Assembly: GCA_965261395.1 (NCBI GenBank)
Contig: OZ253462.1
Span: 4,800,001 to 4,864,000 of the forward strand
DNA: 64,000 nucleotides
Reading direction: 5' to 3'
From: Candidatus Latescibacterota bacterium
GTDB lineage: Bacteria > Latescibacterota > UBA2968 > UBA8231
Shown in pieces: positions 10,072-21,099 of the stretch; the first letter of the stretch is position 1, and the number at the start of each line of letters is the position of its first letter. Both the position numbers and the translations under genes were made by a program. A model generated the notes under the pieces. It had not been told where the DNA came from. It searched no databases and was given only the letters and a program-made list of their open reading frames with translations.

Positions 10072-12849
10072 ATGCTAAAAAGGTACGGCTCGTGGTATGT
10101 TGTGGGGATACTCTGCGTACTAGCTTTATCGTCCGCTACTGGCTGGGCTGCGCAAAACTATGGGGCTCTCTTAGGGCACCAAGCCAATGACGGCACAGTG
10201 GTGTATCGCTCTGAGGGTCCCAAGACCCTGCTGGGCAACGTGGAGCCATCGGTGCGGAAACGGTATCTGCCCCAAGAGCTGTATCAGGAGTACCAGTGGC
10301 AGACTTGGCAGTACACTAACTACGCTGGCAATCCCTATCAGAGATATGTGGCGCAAAGCCTCTGGGGCGATTATTTCTACGATGTGTACGGAAATTTCCT
10401 GACCAGAGGATGGTTGGTCTACGACTGGACCGAGGATCACCCGCGAATCTCCGAGGGCAGTCGTCTGCTGAAAAGAGGAGCATATTCCGGTTTCTTTAGC
10501 TCATTGATTGTAGCCTCCGACCAGAAAGGTCAATATTCCTTTTCCATTTCCGTTGGCGACGAACTGGTCACGACCCTGACGCCAATGACCTTTCGCAAGT
10601 CTGTGTACAACGGTGCCCAAGTCGATCTCATGTCGGACGCGGTCGAGCTGACTGGTATCTTTTCCCGCATCAGCGCACCGGGCTTCATCACCGATCCGAA
10701 TCCGGCCTCTTTCAACAACTACACCAACCTGATAGGGGGCCGGACTAGGGTCCGACTAGGTGATGCCATTACCTTGGGAGGGGTCTTCGTCAATTCCCAC
10801 AACGGCCGGGGGACCGTGCAGAGCTTTGAGGGCAATCCCTTCAAAGGGGAATTAACCTCGCTGCAGTTACAAAACCAGATCAGTACTATTGTCATCCGGC
10901 TGAGCGACGACTCACCGGCCGATGATATCGGGGGGAGCGTCCTACTAGCGGATAATGTAGAAATAGCGACGACTATCGGAGACAGAGACACCGTGCTAGT
11001 CGGCAATGAGATCGGCTTCACACCCCATAGGCAGGGAGGCACCATCATAGAAGGCGTGCGCACGGCCAACGGTACGGAACAGATCACCTTGCGTTACGAC
11101 TTAAACGACCTAGCCGTGATTCTCGACGACAAGGATGCCATCAACAACATCCGGGATCTCCGCTTCAGACTGGTCCTAGTCAACGACTATCGGATCGAGA
11201 TCACTTCCGATCAGCAGACCAACTTTGAAGGACAACCGGTCTTTCTGCTGATGGCCCAGGCCGAAGGCAATATTCAGGACGGATCGAATAAGCGCGAAGT
11301 GGTCTTCAACTACGGCTTGCCCACTGCTAACCAGCTATTGGGCTTCACGATCGAGGCCCGAGATTTCCTAGGATTTGACTTTTACACCGAGTTCGATGTG
11401 AACCACCAGTACAGAAAATACCCCAACCGCCGGGTGCAGACGCACAGGGCTTACTCGGGACTCGTCGGCGACGAAAACGCCAAAGCCTGGATGATGAATC
11501 TGTCCAAATCGGTCTTCTCTTGGTCCCTCTTTGTCGAGGGCTTCTACATGGATGAGGCCTACAATACCAGTCCCTTCATATCGGATGGTAGCGGCCGCGT
11601 AGATTACGAAGACGGAACCAGGAGCATCTACGACTTCGTCGACGACAACGACGATCAGGACAAGAAACCCGACCAAAAGCGGCGCTACCAAGATCCTAGG
11701 ACTGGCGAGGAATTCCGCGCCGATAGAACCGGAAGATCCGCCGAAGGTTTCGCCGACGAGGCGGTGTTCCCCGGCTGGGATCAGAACAACGATTTCATCT
11801 CCGACTTCAACCAAAACAGCAACATCTTCAGTGATAACCGCTTCCCGGACTACGAGGAACCCTTCCTGCGCTATGGTTCAGACCGACCTGAATACCTCTT
11901 CGGTATCGATCTCAACAACAACGGCTGGGTCGATCAGTTCGAAAACGACAACCTGCCCGATTATCCTTACAAGAGGGATCGCAAGGGCTACAACCTGTAC
12001 CTGCGCAATCAGGTAACTCCGCACTTGCAACTCACCGCCGGGCAGGCCCGCGAACAGCTCCTTTCAGACGACCGCCAAAATCTGACCACCTACGCCCTAG
12101 TGAGCTTTGAACAGGAGTACGCCCGGATCGGACGGGTGAGCATCTTCGACATGCTCAAAAAGGCGGCAGACGATATTCAGGACGACCTCTTTCAATGGGT
12201 ACAAGTTCCAGGTCTGCCCGGATCGCACCAAGCAATAGACGACCCCCTCTTCGCCCAAGATACCTATATCAATACCTTTTGGCTGGGTTTGGACCGTCGG
12301 ACAAATATCGGGGTCAATTTTTCCAATAAATTCAAGTACGAGACCGTGAGACAGCGGGAGAAAGGTAACAATCTAGGTTTTAAGGACGATACGCGTTTCC
12401 TCGGGATCATCAATAAGGCCGACTATCTGTACCAGTACAAAACTCTGACGATGCGACCGAAGATCAAGAGCGAATTTCTCAAGGACAATACTCCCTATTC
12501 TATGGGAGGTGTGCGCCCTGTGCGAGATCAATGGACTGGTTTGTTCTTCTTGACCCTCAAATTCCCCGTTCTGCGGCGAACGACCATAGAGACGGGTATA
12601 GAACAACTCTTTTTCAGGGATTCGGTGGTTGATGAGGACGATTTAGCAGCGGGTGAATTCACCGAGGATTTCAACAGCACGGTCTTGGCTATGCAACTTT
12701 CGAACAGGGGGGAGTACCTAGGCTATGTGCTCACGGCCCAACTCGGCTACAGTATCCGTAGAATCAGTCAAGAGCGAGTCGAAAGAGATGACCGGTCACA
12801 GATAGATAGTACCGTGTTTATGACGATGTACGCCAGCCTGAAAGATTGA
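10072..12849 (+). CDS. Family B ~900-aa secreted/probable outer-membrane protein
   Basis: 925 aa; RBS AGGAGG upstream; signal peptide; same motif set as 7202..9982. Confidence 0.85.
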   Translation: MLKRYGSWYVVGILCVLALSSATGWAAQNYGALLGHQANDGTVVYRSEGPKTLLGNVEPSVRKRYLPQELYQEYQWQTWQYTNYAGNPYQRYVAQSLWGDYFYDVYGNFLTRGWLVYDWTEDHPRISEGSRLLKRGAYSGFFSSLIVASDQKGQYSFSISVGDELVTTLTPMTFRKSVYNGAQVDLMSDAVELTGIFSRISAPGFITDPNPASFNNYTNLIGGRTRVRLGDAITLGGVFVNSHNGRGTVQSFEGNPFKGELTSLQLQNQISTIVIRLSDDSPADDIGGSVLLADNVEIATTIGDRDTVLVGNEIGFTPHRQGGTIIEGVRTANGTEQITLRYDLNDLAVILDDKDAINNIRDLRFRLVLVNDYRIEITSDQQTNFEGQPVFLLMAQAEGNIQDGSNKREVVFNYGLPTANQLLGFTIEARDFLGFDFYTEFDVNHQYRKYPNRRVQTHRAYSGLVGDENAKAWMMNLSKSVFSWSLFVEGFYMDEAYNTSPFISDGSGRVDYEDGTRSIYDFVDDNDDQDKKPDQKRRYQDPRTGEEFRADRTGRSAEGFADEAVFPGWDQNNDFISDFNQNSNIFSDNRFPDYEEPFLRYGSDRPEYLFGIDLNNNGWVDQFENDNLPDYPYKRDRKGYNLYLRNQVTPHLQLTAGQAREQLLSDDRQNLTTYALVSFEQEYARIGRVSIFDMLKKAADDIQDDLFQWVQVPGLPGSHQAIDDPLFAQDTYINTFWLGLDRRTNIGVNFSNKFKYETVRQREKGNNLGFKDDTRFLGIINKADYLYQYKTLTMRPKIKSEFLKDNTPYSMGGVRPVRDQWTGLFFLTLKFPVLRRTTIETGIEQLFFRDSVVDEDDLAAGEFTEDFNSTVLAMQLSNRGEYLGYVLTAQLGYSIRRISQERVERDDRSQIDSTVFMTMYASLKD

Positions 12850-12900
12850 TACCGGGCGGCAGATTCTACTCCCGATTCCATAAAGAAGGAAGCACCAATT

Positions 12901-14190
12901 ATGCGAAGTACCGTCTCTGCACCAGATCTGGGATTGGTGGAGTCTCTCTTTGCAGAAATTGAAAAAATTCCGTGTATCAACTCCCACTCCCACATGGGGC
13001 CGGAAGCCGAGCGCCTAGCGCAGCAGATAGACGCTCTCGCCTTTTTCAACCACGCCTATCCGGCTGCCGACTTGGTGGTGGCCGGCCTCTCTCCCGAGAA
13101 TAAAGAGGCCCTTTTCGACGCTCGACGCCCGCTGGACCAGCGGTGGTGTCTGTTCGAGCCGTACTGGAACCGGATCCGCCTGACCGGGTACTCCCAGTGC
13201 ATCTTGACCGGCTGCCGCGATCTGCTCGGCTTCGACGATCTGACAGCCGCCACAGTTGGACCACTCTCTGAGGCCATCCAAGCACATAGCAAACCGGGCT
13301 TCTACAAAACGGTGCTGCAGCAGCGAGCCAATCTCGCAAGGTCAGTGGTCAATATGGAAGATCTGATTGAGGTGGACCGGACCTTATTCCTGCCCCTGCC
13401 CCGCCTCAACCGCTTCAGCATGCTCCGCACGGCTGAGCAAATCCACGCGATAGAGCGCGACTACGATGTGTCCATCGGCGATCTGCGCCAGCACGTCGCA
13501 GTCATTCGACAGGTGTGCCAAGACTGGAAGGAAGCCCGGGTGGCCGGGGTCAAGATGTCGCAATCCTACCACCGCCGCATGGACTTCAAAGAACGGGACG
13601 CCGGCCAAGCCGCTGTTATTTTCGACCGTCTGTTGCAAGACGACTACGCTGGGCTTGATTCGGCAGAAGGTGCACTGCTGGAGGACTACCTAGTCTTCGA
13701 ATGCTGCCAGGCCGCTGCGGAAGCTGACCTGACCGTCCAGTTCCACCTAGGCATGCGGGCGGGCAACAATGGGGGTATGGAAGGGTGCAGTCCAGTGCCG
13801 CTCATCCCCTTGCTGCAGGCCTTCCCCCAAGTCCGCTTTGACCTCTCCCACGCCGGCTTCCCCTATCTGCGCGAGGGCGCCGTGTTGGGCAAGACCTTTG
13901 CCAATGTCTATCTGAACATGTCTTGGATCCACATCATCTCCCCCTTCGGGTCTCGGCTAGATCTGCGAGAGTGGCTCCAGATGGTGCCCTACAACAAAAT
14001 TATCGCCTTTGGGGATGACTTACAGCAGGTCGAGACGGTCTACGGGCACTTGCAGATGGCACGCCGGAATTTCGCCTATGCGCTGGGAGCTCTGCTGGAA
14101 GAGGGCTTGCTGTCCGAGTCGATGGCTCTCGACGTGGCCCAAGCGACCTTTCGCGACAATCCGGCGATGGTCTACGGAGTCAATGCCTGA
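12901..14190 (+). CDS. Amidohydrolase family (TIM-barrel metallohydrolase)
   Basis: N-terminal HSH, then QFHLG, LSHAG and FGDD metal-ligand motifs; 429 aa. Confidence 0.85.
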   Translation: MRSTVSAPDLGLVESLFAEIEKIPCINSHSHMGPEAERLAQQIDALAFFNHAYPAADLVVAGLSPENKEALFDARRPLDQRWCLFEPYWNRIRLTGYSQCILTGCRDLLGFDDLTAATVGPLSEAIQAHSKPGFYKTVLQQRANLARSVVNMEDLIEVDRTLFLPLPRLNRFSMLRTAEQIHAIERDYDVSIGDLRQHVAVIRQVCQDWKEARVAGVKMSQSYHRRMDFKERDAGQAAVIFDRLLQDDYAGLDSAEGALLEDYLVFECCQAAAEADLTVQFHLGMRAGNNGGMEGCSPVPLIPLLQAFPQVRFDLSHAGFPYLREGAVLGKTFANVYLNMSWIHIISPFGSRLDLREWLQMVPYNKIIAFGDDLQQVETVYGHLQMARRNFAYALGALLEEGLLSESMALDVAQATFRDNPAMVYGVNA

Positions 14191-16146
14191 TTACCAGTCA
14201 TGCACATTGTGGCCCTGCAAGGGAAACCAGATTACATCCACTACTCCCGAGAGCACGACGCCGATTACATAGCCCACGCCCAAGCCGTAAAAAAAGGGCT
14301 TGCCCTTGCGGTACGCTCTGACTCCGCCGTAGCGCAGCAGTAGCAATTTAGCTATCCAGACCAAAAACAGGCTGAACCAATAGATGGATGTGCCCGAGGT
14401 ATGCTGAAAGGCCAGCCCAATGGGATGGAGCGAGAACCAGTGAAAGCGGGCCCGTAACAGCGCTAGGCCTCCCGACTGCAACAAGCCCCAGCCCCAGACG
14501 CCCCACTTCCCCGGATCCCCAACTCTGGGATTTTGCAGCAGATGCACTGTTTCGTCTAAGAGGCCGGTCGCACCCATCAGAAAAACGCCCCCCCCTTTGT
14601 CATAGGCCATCTCGAGGCTGGCCCATACCGCGGTTAGAAAACCCACTGCAAAGGCGACTAGCACCGTAGCGGTCACCAGCCACGGCTGATCCCGTAGCGA
14701 GAAAATGCGCAGATGGTGTGGGATGGCGGGCCAAGCCGGCAGACGGATATTGCCGAAAAAAGCATGACCGGTGAACATCTTGAAGGCGACTAGGTCCTGC
14801 GGTGACAGGCGGGCCGAGCCCACCAAATCGACGATGAAAGAACTCCCCTTGGCATTGGGCCAACTGGGCATGAGGTAGGGAAAGCCCGTGGCCGCAATGA
14901 GTTTGATGGTGACGAAAAAGGTCGATACCATCAGGACAAAGGCACCGGTGGCCAGCGGTAAACTCGCCCCCAGACTGCAAGCCCAAGCGATGACATAGAG
15001 GGCCGACAGGATCAGACCGACCAAGGCCAAGCGATAGATCCCGACTTGGCGCCGGTCCCCCTCCCCGGTGCGTACCTGTCGCCACACTTCTCGCAAGTGC
15101 CGGCGGGCTAAGTACACAGACCAGCAGGCCACAAAGACGATGGCCCCCAAGCTTTCCAGCGAGAGGATCGCCTGCGGTGCCAAAGGCTGCCCCTCTGCAC
15201 CTATGACTAGTCCCACCCGATCCATCAGCCCTATTTTGACCGTAGCCAGCAGAGCGAAGACGACTAGGCTGCCCAGGATATCCAGCGGACATAGATAGGT
15301 CAAAGCCATAACCAAAGGCAGAACGCGGATGGTCAGACCCGGGAAAGGTTGGGGCAATTCGAGGTGGAAGCGTTTGGTATAGAGTTCAAACAGCGGCAAA
15401 CCCGGCGTGAAGTATGCGCCGATATTGTAGAGTAGGGGCAATAAGACAACCCCGCAGCCGATCCAGAACAGACCCGAGCAGAACAGGTCGGGCACCCGTC
15501 GCGGCCCGTCGAAGCCCCGCGTCAGATCAAGGGGCATCTGCGCCAGCGGGAAAGAGAGTTTTTCGGCTTCCATCCACTGGCGCTGGAATAGTACCACCAA
15601 GCAAAAGCCGAATACCACCATGCCCAGCGAGGCCCCCATCCACTGGATAATTGCCCCGACCCAGCCATCCCACGGCACCGCCGCCCCCTGAGGTAGCCCC
15701 ATCCAGAAGGTATCTAGCACCCGAGGCGAGGAGTCGGGAAAGACGCCCCAGGGCAAATAGGGAAAGAGCAGGTCCGACCACTGGTTTTCAGGTGTGGCCA
15801 TGTAGAAGGGCGCTCCGAGAATGGCGATCCAGTAGTCGCTCCAGCCCCACTGCGGCAAAGCACCCACCACCCAGAGCATGGTGAAAATAGTCAGCAGTTC
15901 GCCCCGGTCTAGGGCCAGCCGGGGCCACATGCGCCCGCAGGCGGCGTTGAGGAAAAGCCACAGCACGAAGGGCATAAAGACCACCATGGGGAACTGCGAG
16001 CGGACATAGCTCCCCGACCCCGATGCTTGTCCGACCTCGAGGATGAGGTAGTAGAATACAGCGACAATGGTCAGCCCCCCTAGAATCAGGGCACGCAAGG
16101 TAATCCGAGGGGGCTTGGAGTCGTCTAATGAACGGATGTTACGCAC
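14191..16146 (-). CDS. DUF6785/DUF6784-like multi-pass membrane protein
   Basis: 651 aa, many TM segments; ATPENQW, QWMEAEKLSFPL, WFSLHPIG and RYGGVRAYRKGKPFFYGL motifs. Confidence 0.85.
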   Translation of the reverse strand: MRNIRSLDDSKPPRITLRALILGGLTIVAVFYYLILEVGQASGSGSYVRSQFPMVVFMPFVLWLFLNAACGRMWPRLALDRGELLTIFTMLWVVGALPQWGWSDYWIAILGAPFYMATPENQWSDLLFPYLPWGVFPDSSPRVLDTFWMGLPQGAAVPWDGWVGAIIQWMGASLGMVVFGFCLVVLFQRQWMEAEKLSFPLAQMPLDLTRGFDGPRRVPDLFCSGLFWIGCGVVLLPLLYNIGAYFTPGLPLFELYTKRFHLELPQPFPGLTIRVLPLVMALTYLCPLDILGSLVVFALLATVKIGLMDRVGLVIGAEGQPLAPQAILSLESLGAIVFVACWSVYLARRHLREVWRQVRTGEGDRRQVGIYRLALVGLILSALYVIAWACSLGASLPLATGAFVLMVSTFFVTIKLIAATGFPYLMPSWPNAKGSSFIVDLVGSARLSPQDLVAFKMFTGHAFFGNIRLPAWPAIPHHLRIFSLRDQPWLVTATVLVAFAVGFLTAVWASLEMAYDKGGGVFLMGATGLLDETVHLLQNPRVGDPGKWGVWGWGLLQSGGLALLRARFHWFSLHPIGLAFQHTSGTSIYWFSLFLVWIAKLLLLRYGGVRAYRKGKPFFYGLGVGYVIGVVLSGVVDVIWFPLQGHNVHDW

Positions 16147-16188
16147 CTTCCCATTTTCTGTTAGTCTCGCGCCTTCGAAGCATCCTGC

Positions 16189-18219
16189 TCAAAAATACCC
16201 CAACACATTCCCGGTCTTTCCGGTGCAGGCGTCAATGACCAGCCACAAACCGGCCACTACAACTTGGCCCAAAATTAAACCGAGAAAAAACGGCCGCGTC
16301 TTCACGTACCCCGCGGAGCCGCCGTACTTGAGTATGGCGATCTTCAGCACCCAAGCGGTGAAGATACTGAACCACACCCAGTTCATAATGTTGAACGTAC
16401 CTGTGGCAAAGCCCAACGGATGGATCGGCCACCACACAAAGTGGTAGCGGATATAAGTCAACAGGCCCATGAGTACCGCGCCCAAAGCCGTGAAGCCCCA
16501 ACCAGATATGCTAGCCGGGACCGGATCGACGAATTTAGGAGCGATAAAATTGAATGCATTGCGCGGCACTCCCACGAACCAGAACTCGTGGAGGTTGATC
16601 CCACCGTACTTATAGGACAGGGTCATAACGGACCACACCGAGCTGAGCAAAGTGACGGCTATAGCCAAGAAAACCGCCCACAGCAGGCCTCTTTTACTGC
16701 CGCGAATCTCCTCGGCCAGCTTCAGCGCATTGGCAAAACAGGGCATGAAGAAGATGCGTATATTGGCGCTCCACACATAGGTGAAGGCCAGCCCGGTCAG
16801 ACCGGAGGCACCCAACGCGCTGGTGCCCACTCCAGAAATCACAAAATCGGCCGGGGTCAAGGGCGTGCGAATCACGGAAATTCCGCCTTCCGCTACCGCT
16901 CTGGTGATGGCGATAAAGATCGCGGTCATTCCGAATAGAAAGACCGGGACAACCCACAGCGGAACCCCGGACTGCCACAACCAAGTCCCCATCACCCCCA
17001 GCCCCACGAGCAGGCCCCAGACCGCCGTGCGATAGGAGATAATTTCGTCGCTATCGTCGATGGACGGGTCGTGGTTGAATACCTTGCGATAGACGGCTTG
17101 CAGATGCCGGCGCGCCATCCACACGCTGGACAAGACTAGCACGATCATGGCACCCATGGCTTGGTGAGCCAGATAGGGGCCAACCGAATTGGCGAACCGG
17201 CTCAAGGTCTCCGTGCTTTGTATACCCAAGACATTGAAGACTCCCCGTTGCACAGTCGACAGCAGGAAGAAGAACCAGAATCCCAGAGCTACATCGCGGC
17301 TGAGCAGATAGGCGAAACCGATCAGGCCTAGGTTCAGGTCGAGACGCAGGTAGGTGCTGCCTCTGAACAGACGCATCTCGGAATCGGTGTCGATGTGCGG
17401 CAGAAAAGGAAAATAGCCGCTGAGCGCGTTCGCCGTACCTATGAGGAAAGGCACGGCGAACCCGACCCACATGGCCCGGTTCCTAAAGTAAGGTTTGACG
17501 AGCGAGCGCCGCTCGTTAGGGCCGCCCCCCTCGCGCTCTTCATCCTGAATCATCTCTAACGGGACTTGGACTAAGGGATAGGGCAGCTTTTCGTATTCTG
17601 CCCATTGTTTGCGCAGAATGGTCATCATACATATAGACACCCAGTAGAATGAGAAGATGAACAGGCACCAGTAGAAGAGCGGCTCGATCCAAGCATCCCA
17701 AGGCAGAGCCATGCCTTGGGGCAAGCCCTCGTAAAAATAAGTGATGGCCTCCATATCTTGCGGGGCGATCCACCTAGGCACATGTGGGTGGATCAATTCA
17801 TGCCACTTATTTTCGGGGGTGGCGTAGTAGTAAAGCCCTGCGATGACAGGCAGCAGATTTTCGGTGAAACCAATGGTGGGGATGGAGGTGGCTAGCATCG
17901 CCATGATGTAAACCACCGCCAACTCGGAACGGCTCAGGGCAAATCTAGGGCTTGGCAGGGCCAAGGCTGTGTTTATTAGGAAAGCGAATACGAAGAATAC
18001 AAAAAGGGCGGCCGGTGTGCTGAAATTGTGGGCCATGACCGTGCCCTTGATGATCATATTGGTATAAGGCACAGCCGCGCCGATGAACAGCGACAAAAAG
18101 GCACCAATTGACACGGCCCGAAAGGTAATACCTGATGTCTGTTCCTCGGGCTGGGCCGCGCCGCGCCGGGTCTTTAGGTGGCGCTGGAAGATTGGAGGGA
18201 TCTCTTTTTTTATATTCAA
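16189..18219 (-). CDS. DUF6785/DUF6784-like multi-pass membrane protein
   Basis: 676 aa; ATPENKW, QWAEYEKLPYPL, WWPIHPLG and KYGGSAGYVKTRPFFLGL motifs. Start uncertain (TTG). Confidence 0.85.
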   Translation of the reverse strand: MNIKKEIPPIFQRHLKTRRGAAQPEEQTSGITFRAVSIGAFLSLFIGAAVPYTNMIIKGTVMAHNFSTPAALFVFFVFAFLINTALALPSPRFALSRSELAVVYIMAMLATSIPTIGFTENLLPVIAGLYYYATPENKWHELIHPHVPRWIAPQDMEAITYFYEGLPQGMALPWDAWIEPLFYWCLFIFSFYWVSICMMTILRKQWAEYEKLPYPLVQVPLEMIQDEEREGGGPNERRSLVKPYFRNRAMWVGFAVPFLIGTANALSGYFPFLPHIDTDSEMRLFRGSTYLRLDLNLGLIGFAYLLSRDVALGFWFFFLLSTVQRGVFNVLGIQSTETLSRFANSVGPYLAHQAMGAMIVLVLSSVWMARRHLQAVYRKVFNHDPSIDDSDEIISYRTAVWGLLVGLGVMGTWLWQSGVPLWVVPVFLFGMTAIFIAITRAVAEGGISVIRTPLTPADFVISGVGTSALGASGLTGLAFTYVWSANIRIFFMPCFANALKLAEEIRGSKRGLLWAVFLAIAVTLLSSVWSVMTLSYKYGGINLHEFWFVGVPRNAFNFIAPKFVDPVPASISGWGFTALGAVLMGLLTYIRYHFVWWPIHPLGFATGTFNIMNWVWFSIFTAWVLKIAILKYGGSAGYVKTRPFFLGLILGQVVVAGLWLVIDACTGKTGNVLGYF

Positions 18220-18402
18220 GTTGCGATCCGGCTCCAGAGAGGAGGTTAGTCAGTTAAACCTAAATCGAGGCTGCACTACAGCTTAGATTGTTATCGTGTA
18301 CTTAGCTCGCTCCTACAATTCCGTGGCCCTACGAGAGCCGCCCCAGATTGTGTATCTCCTTCGATGGCGTGTGCCGCTCTACGCCTAGCTTCGCCGGCTT
18401 CT

Positions 18403-18792
18403 TTACGGAGTATGATCGCTTGCTGAGGGAACTTGGTAGGCAGTGTATTTGAGGTTTTTGCCCCGGGCCTTTTCCACCGGATAGCGCTGGGCCGAAATGG
18501 CCAATTTCTCCTCCAGCATTTGCGCGGCGTCCAAGCCGAAGCGGTCGCACATAAGCAGGACAAAGTACAGCGCGTCGGCCAATTCGTGGCCGATAGCCCG
18601 GCGGAAGGATTCGTCTGCTAGGCGGGTGGCGATCTCTTGGTCGGAGCGAAAGCGGAAGTGCTCCAAGACTTCGGCCGCTTCGGTCGAAAGCCCAATAGCC
18701 AAGTCCTTGGGGGTATGGAATTGCGCCCAGTCGCGCTCCTCCACGAAGCAGCGAATTTGGGCAGTGAGCTGGGCCAGCGTAGCTTCGCTCAT
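18403..18792 (-). CDS. MazG-like nucleotide pyrophosphohydrolase (DCTPP1/RS21-C6 type)
   Basis: RDWAQFHTPKDLAIGLSTEAAEVLEHF...ELAD...RYP; its ATG overlaps the stop of the upstream gene (ATGA). Confidence 0.9.
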   Translation of the reverse strand: MSEATLAQLTAQIRCFVEERDWAQFHTPKDLAIGLSTEAAEVLEHFRFRSDQEIATRLADESFRRAIGHELADALYFVLLMCDRFGLDAAQMLEEKLAISAQRYPVEKARGKNLKYTAYQVPSASDHTP

Positions 18793-21099
18793 GATGCGTT
18801 AGACTGAGTTTGGAGAATCGCCTTCACGTCTAGCCGGTGAGTCTGCACAAACCGGATGCTTTTCTCTAACTCTCCCAATTTCAGCGGGACCTCAAGATCG
18901 TCCGAGTCTTCCAAAGCGCGATGCAACTCTTTCATTGCGTCTTCGTCACATATCACAAATTCCTTGTACATTGCCGCGCACAGGGGGCATAACGCGAGGA
19001 ATTGAGCTTCGTGTTCCTTGATAAAATAGTCTTTTGAAAGTGCCTCTACTGCTTCAAAGTAATACTCTCCATCTCGTTTTTTGAACGGCATTTCCTTCTG
19101 GCAAATCTGGCATACCATCTCACTGAAATCATTCGTATATTGCTCTTTAAGATCAATTTTAGGGACCACAGCTCCCCGTGAAATTCGGATGCTTCTTTCT
19201 TGAAGCTCGTATTCTTTTTCAGGAGAACTGTCGAGTTGCTCCTCAACTCTTCTTTGCCTACGATCTGGATTATTTGACGCTCTCTCTGGAAATGTCGGCC
19301 TCTGCTTTTTCGCCTTCTGCTGCTGAATAAATTCTTTCACCGCTTCGGGATCTTCTTTATTTACCTTTGCAAACTCTTGAGCTTGCTCGACGGAAGCAAA
19401 TCCGATGCTTTTGGCAACCTCTTCTTTGCGTTGATATTCTTGAGTGGCTTGTTCCTTTTCTTTTTGTTCCTGTTCCTCACGATCCCGCCTGCTTTTTCCG
19501 AATTCGATTGATTCCAACCATTGCGCTCTGGGCTTATACGAAAACTCTTCTGGGAGCAACTCTGCAACGGCTTCATAAGGCTTCACGAATCTCTCTCTAC
19601 CGTTTTCTATTTGCGGCACCCACCCTCCTCTTCTTAATCTCCAGATAAGCGTAGAATTCGCTGTCCTAATAGAATAGCTGGCATTGGGTCTATACCTAGC
19701 TTCGAGATACTCAATTTCAGGCAATCCATTCATTGTATTCCAGATAAGTTGGGAGTTTCTCAAACCAGGTTCCTTCAATAATACATTAAACTCTGGTATA
19801 TCATAGTCTCTATTTATTTCATTGTCGTTTATCCTAGCACCAGATACTCTTAACTCATCTCTCTCTGGATGAGACCACGGGATATATTGTTTTTTAACGC
19901 ATAGTTTAGTTCGTACGCCAACTTCTTTTGCAAACTTTCCAATTCTCTCTGCACTAATCCCGCACTTTTCATAATCTTCGGATAACGCCCGACGTTTTGC
20001 ATCATTGCCTAATGCCTCATAATAGGCTAATAGTCCGGTTTCATAGAACGGCGAATCAAGATAAACCTCTCTCGGCTTATCCCACTTCCCGTCAGTCAGT
20101 TTGAATATGGAGTAATCTGCAAACATATACGCCTGTTCGGGGTGTTGTTCCACAAAGTCAATGAAGTGCTTGATGTCCTTAATTTTTGATTCCAATCCTT
20201 CATTACTTCTATATCTATCCTTCAGAATCGCCTCAATTCGCTCTTTTTCACCGACTTCACGAACCCCGATTTTTTCAAGGAATTCGCGGGCTTTATCCTG
20301 TTGATTCTTGTCTTTGCCTGACAAACAGAGATTCTTGGCGACGCGGGGCATAGCTTCATCATGCTCCACTCCGTCACTTGGAAAATAGCACTCCGTTCCT
20401 CTTTTGTAGGTTTTATCATTGCATCGAATAATGCGAAGGTTCCATAACTTGTAGGACCTGTCTCTTCCTAATTCATCCAATAACAAAACATAGAATCTCT
20501 GGTGCCACTCGTATGTTTTTCTTTTAAGCCATTTTATCATCGTATCAGACTTTTCGGATAATTCATCTACAAGGTCTAAGGTCGTCCATTCTGTGATCTC
20601 CAGCATGGATAAGAAACGATCTTCCCGCTGGTTTCGTTGCTGAGGATTTGCAATCCACAGCGGTGGGGAGTGTCCATCACCTAGAATCGTTGCCAAATCT
20701 TTGTCTTCGATATGATCGGATAATCGCGCTAGCCCTCTGAAGGCATCCTTTGCAGGGGTATGACCTCCCTGTTTCATCGGGACCAGTTCTTCATTATTGA
20801 ACACCTCAACCAGTTTTTCCATGATGGGTACGTAGGACAAAGGCACGTTGTCTTGATCATTAGGGAGCGTTGCCAAAAATCCTACGGTCAACAGCCCCCG
20901 GTCGCGTATAGTGTTCATTGATTCCGCGATTAAATCCGCCATGTGATCCCGCAGTTCATCATTTTCTGGACAATCACGGACGCTATCGCGGGCAACGGTT
21001 GAAGCAAAAGGTGCATGAAGATGAAACCGCAAATTGGACGTTTCCTTTTCGGCCGGGAAGTAAATTGAAATCTTGCCTAGCAACGGTATAATGCTCCAT

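Noticed and set aside
18403-18792. mazG-like gene as an original member of the defence cassette (nucleotide-depletion effector)
   Set aside because: Host-like composition and the duplicated start at 28304-28348 suggest it is the insertion target. Co-option cannot be excluded.
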